Shown here: piece by piece, positions 63,075 through 64,000 of the stretch | Layout: each line of letters opens with the position of its first letter | Position numbering within the stretch: position 1 is the stretch's first letter | Assembly (NCBI GenBank): GCA_030390025.1 | Contig: JASTWF010000093.1 | Coordinates: 992,001-1,056,000 of the forward strand | Reading direction: 5' to 3' | DNA length: 64,000 nt | Source: Squalus acanthias | Lineage: Eukaryota | Notes under the pieces: generated by a model | Seen by the model: only the letters and a program-made list of their open reading frames with translations | Databases searched by the model: none | What the model was told of the DNA's origin: nothing | Program-made: the position numbers and the translations under genes

Positions 63075-64000
63075 TGTAAGGGTTTGCGAGCGTGTCTCTC
63101 CGCCTGTGAGATTCGCGTGGCTCTGTGCAGCCTGTATGTCAGTGCGGGTTTAGGCCTTGTTGCCTGTTCTGGTCTCCAGCCAGTCTGGGAACACTAGACA
63201 CACCTGTGAGTGGCTCGAACCACTCGCCCTTACGGTTCTAGACACTGGACTTAGATGCGAGAGCAGTAATGGAGATGAAACTCATGTAGACTCGTTTGAA
63301 TGGTACGAAATGGAAAATCTTTATTGCATGATATTTAAGATTACGAAATACATGTCATAAGCACAGATTAATGACAGTACAATCTTACACGCCGTTATGT
63401 AACTAATTCTAGGGAAACGAGGAACGAACGACACACCGTAAATGGGGGCACACATTACAATTATCCTTAGTACTTAAACCCTCCCCTATCAATATCTGTC
63501 CTAGCTAGATTCGTAGGATTCGAGACTCATGCTCACCACTCGTGATAACTCGGAGAAATTCCGAATAGCTGATCGGATGTTTTCACCGCAGCACCCACGT
63601 GTCGATCAGGGGGTCTCCTGGCCCCACTTGTTTACTTGCTTCTGCTCCGGCTAGCAGGCTGGAACGTCTGTTGTTATGAAGATCTGTGTTTGTGGGTTTC
63701 ACGTACCAGTCAACACTTAAGAGAATAATCTCTCGGTGTCCGTCATGAGGATCTGCCCTGATGGGTTTCACAGACCAGTCAATACCTCAAAGAAGAATCT
63801 TCCGGGGTCCGTTCTTTAAAGTTCAAAGAAGTCTTCCTGGCAAGGAAAAATGTCTATTCGACCTACAGGCGCGGTCGGGGCTTACTGACCGTGGCGATAA
63901 GTATGGTCTTCGTCTCTTCTCATCTCATCTCATCTCTTCTCGGGCCTTTGGTTCCGATGCCGGTTACCAACACAGGTCTTCGTGACACGACACGAGGTAG
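63075..64000 (-). mobile_element. Probable LTR-element end that interrupts the direct duplicate and runs off the window
   Basis: Homology to 18441 stops abruptly at TGTAAG; minus-strand AATAAA near 63320; CpG-retaining non-coding sequence; other end not visible. Confidence 0.5.

Larger units (their letters stand above)
47363..63075 (+). repeat. Direct near-identical duplicate of positions 1-18441 (left limit lies outside the window)
   Basis: Identical or nearly identical ORFs at offsets 47362, 47372, 45284 and 44634; homology stops after GTGACTCAGTT. Confidence 0.96.

Overview
Vertebrate genomic DNA, very probably from a shark or other elasmobranch (inferred from HE1/V-SINE-type and Deu-domain SINEs plus CR1, L2, RTE and Penelope elements). 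The only host genes I can support are three paralogs of a four-exon B7-family (CD276/B7-H3-like) type I membrane gene: signal peptide, IgV, IgC-like, TM+tail, with all introns GT-AG phase 1. Copy A is on the minus strand (16122->8179), copy B on the plus strand (27592->33208) and copy C on the minus strand (60756->53463). A and B lie head-to-head in a large inverted duplication (arms ~3315-20716 and 23242-35263). Positions 1-18441 recur in direct orientation at 47363-63075, which gives copy C. Main observations: (1) the second Ig domain has lost both canonical cysteines, with Phe at both positions; (2) A/C have a Glu in the TM helix and a Tyr-bearing tail, and B has neither; (3) B has a SINE inserted 5 nt into its IgC exon, creating an immediate stop but also an in-frame cryptic acceptor; (4) an ~89% GC 38-bp minisatellite appears to derive from a 50% GC unique seed still visible in the paralogous arm; (5) two Penelope families carry minimal hammerhead-ribozyme motifs, and one insertion is a 293-bp-arm hairpin in intron 3 of copy A only. 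All analysis was by eye, with no database searches.
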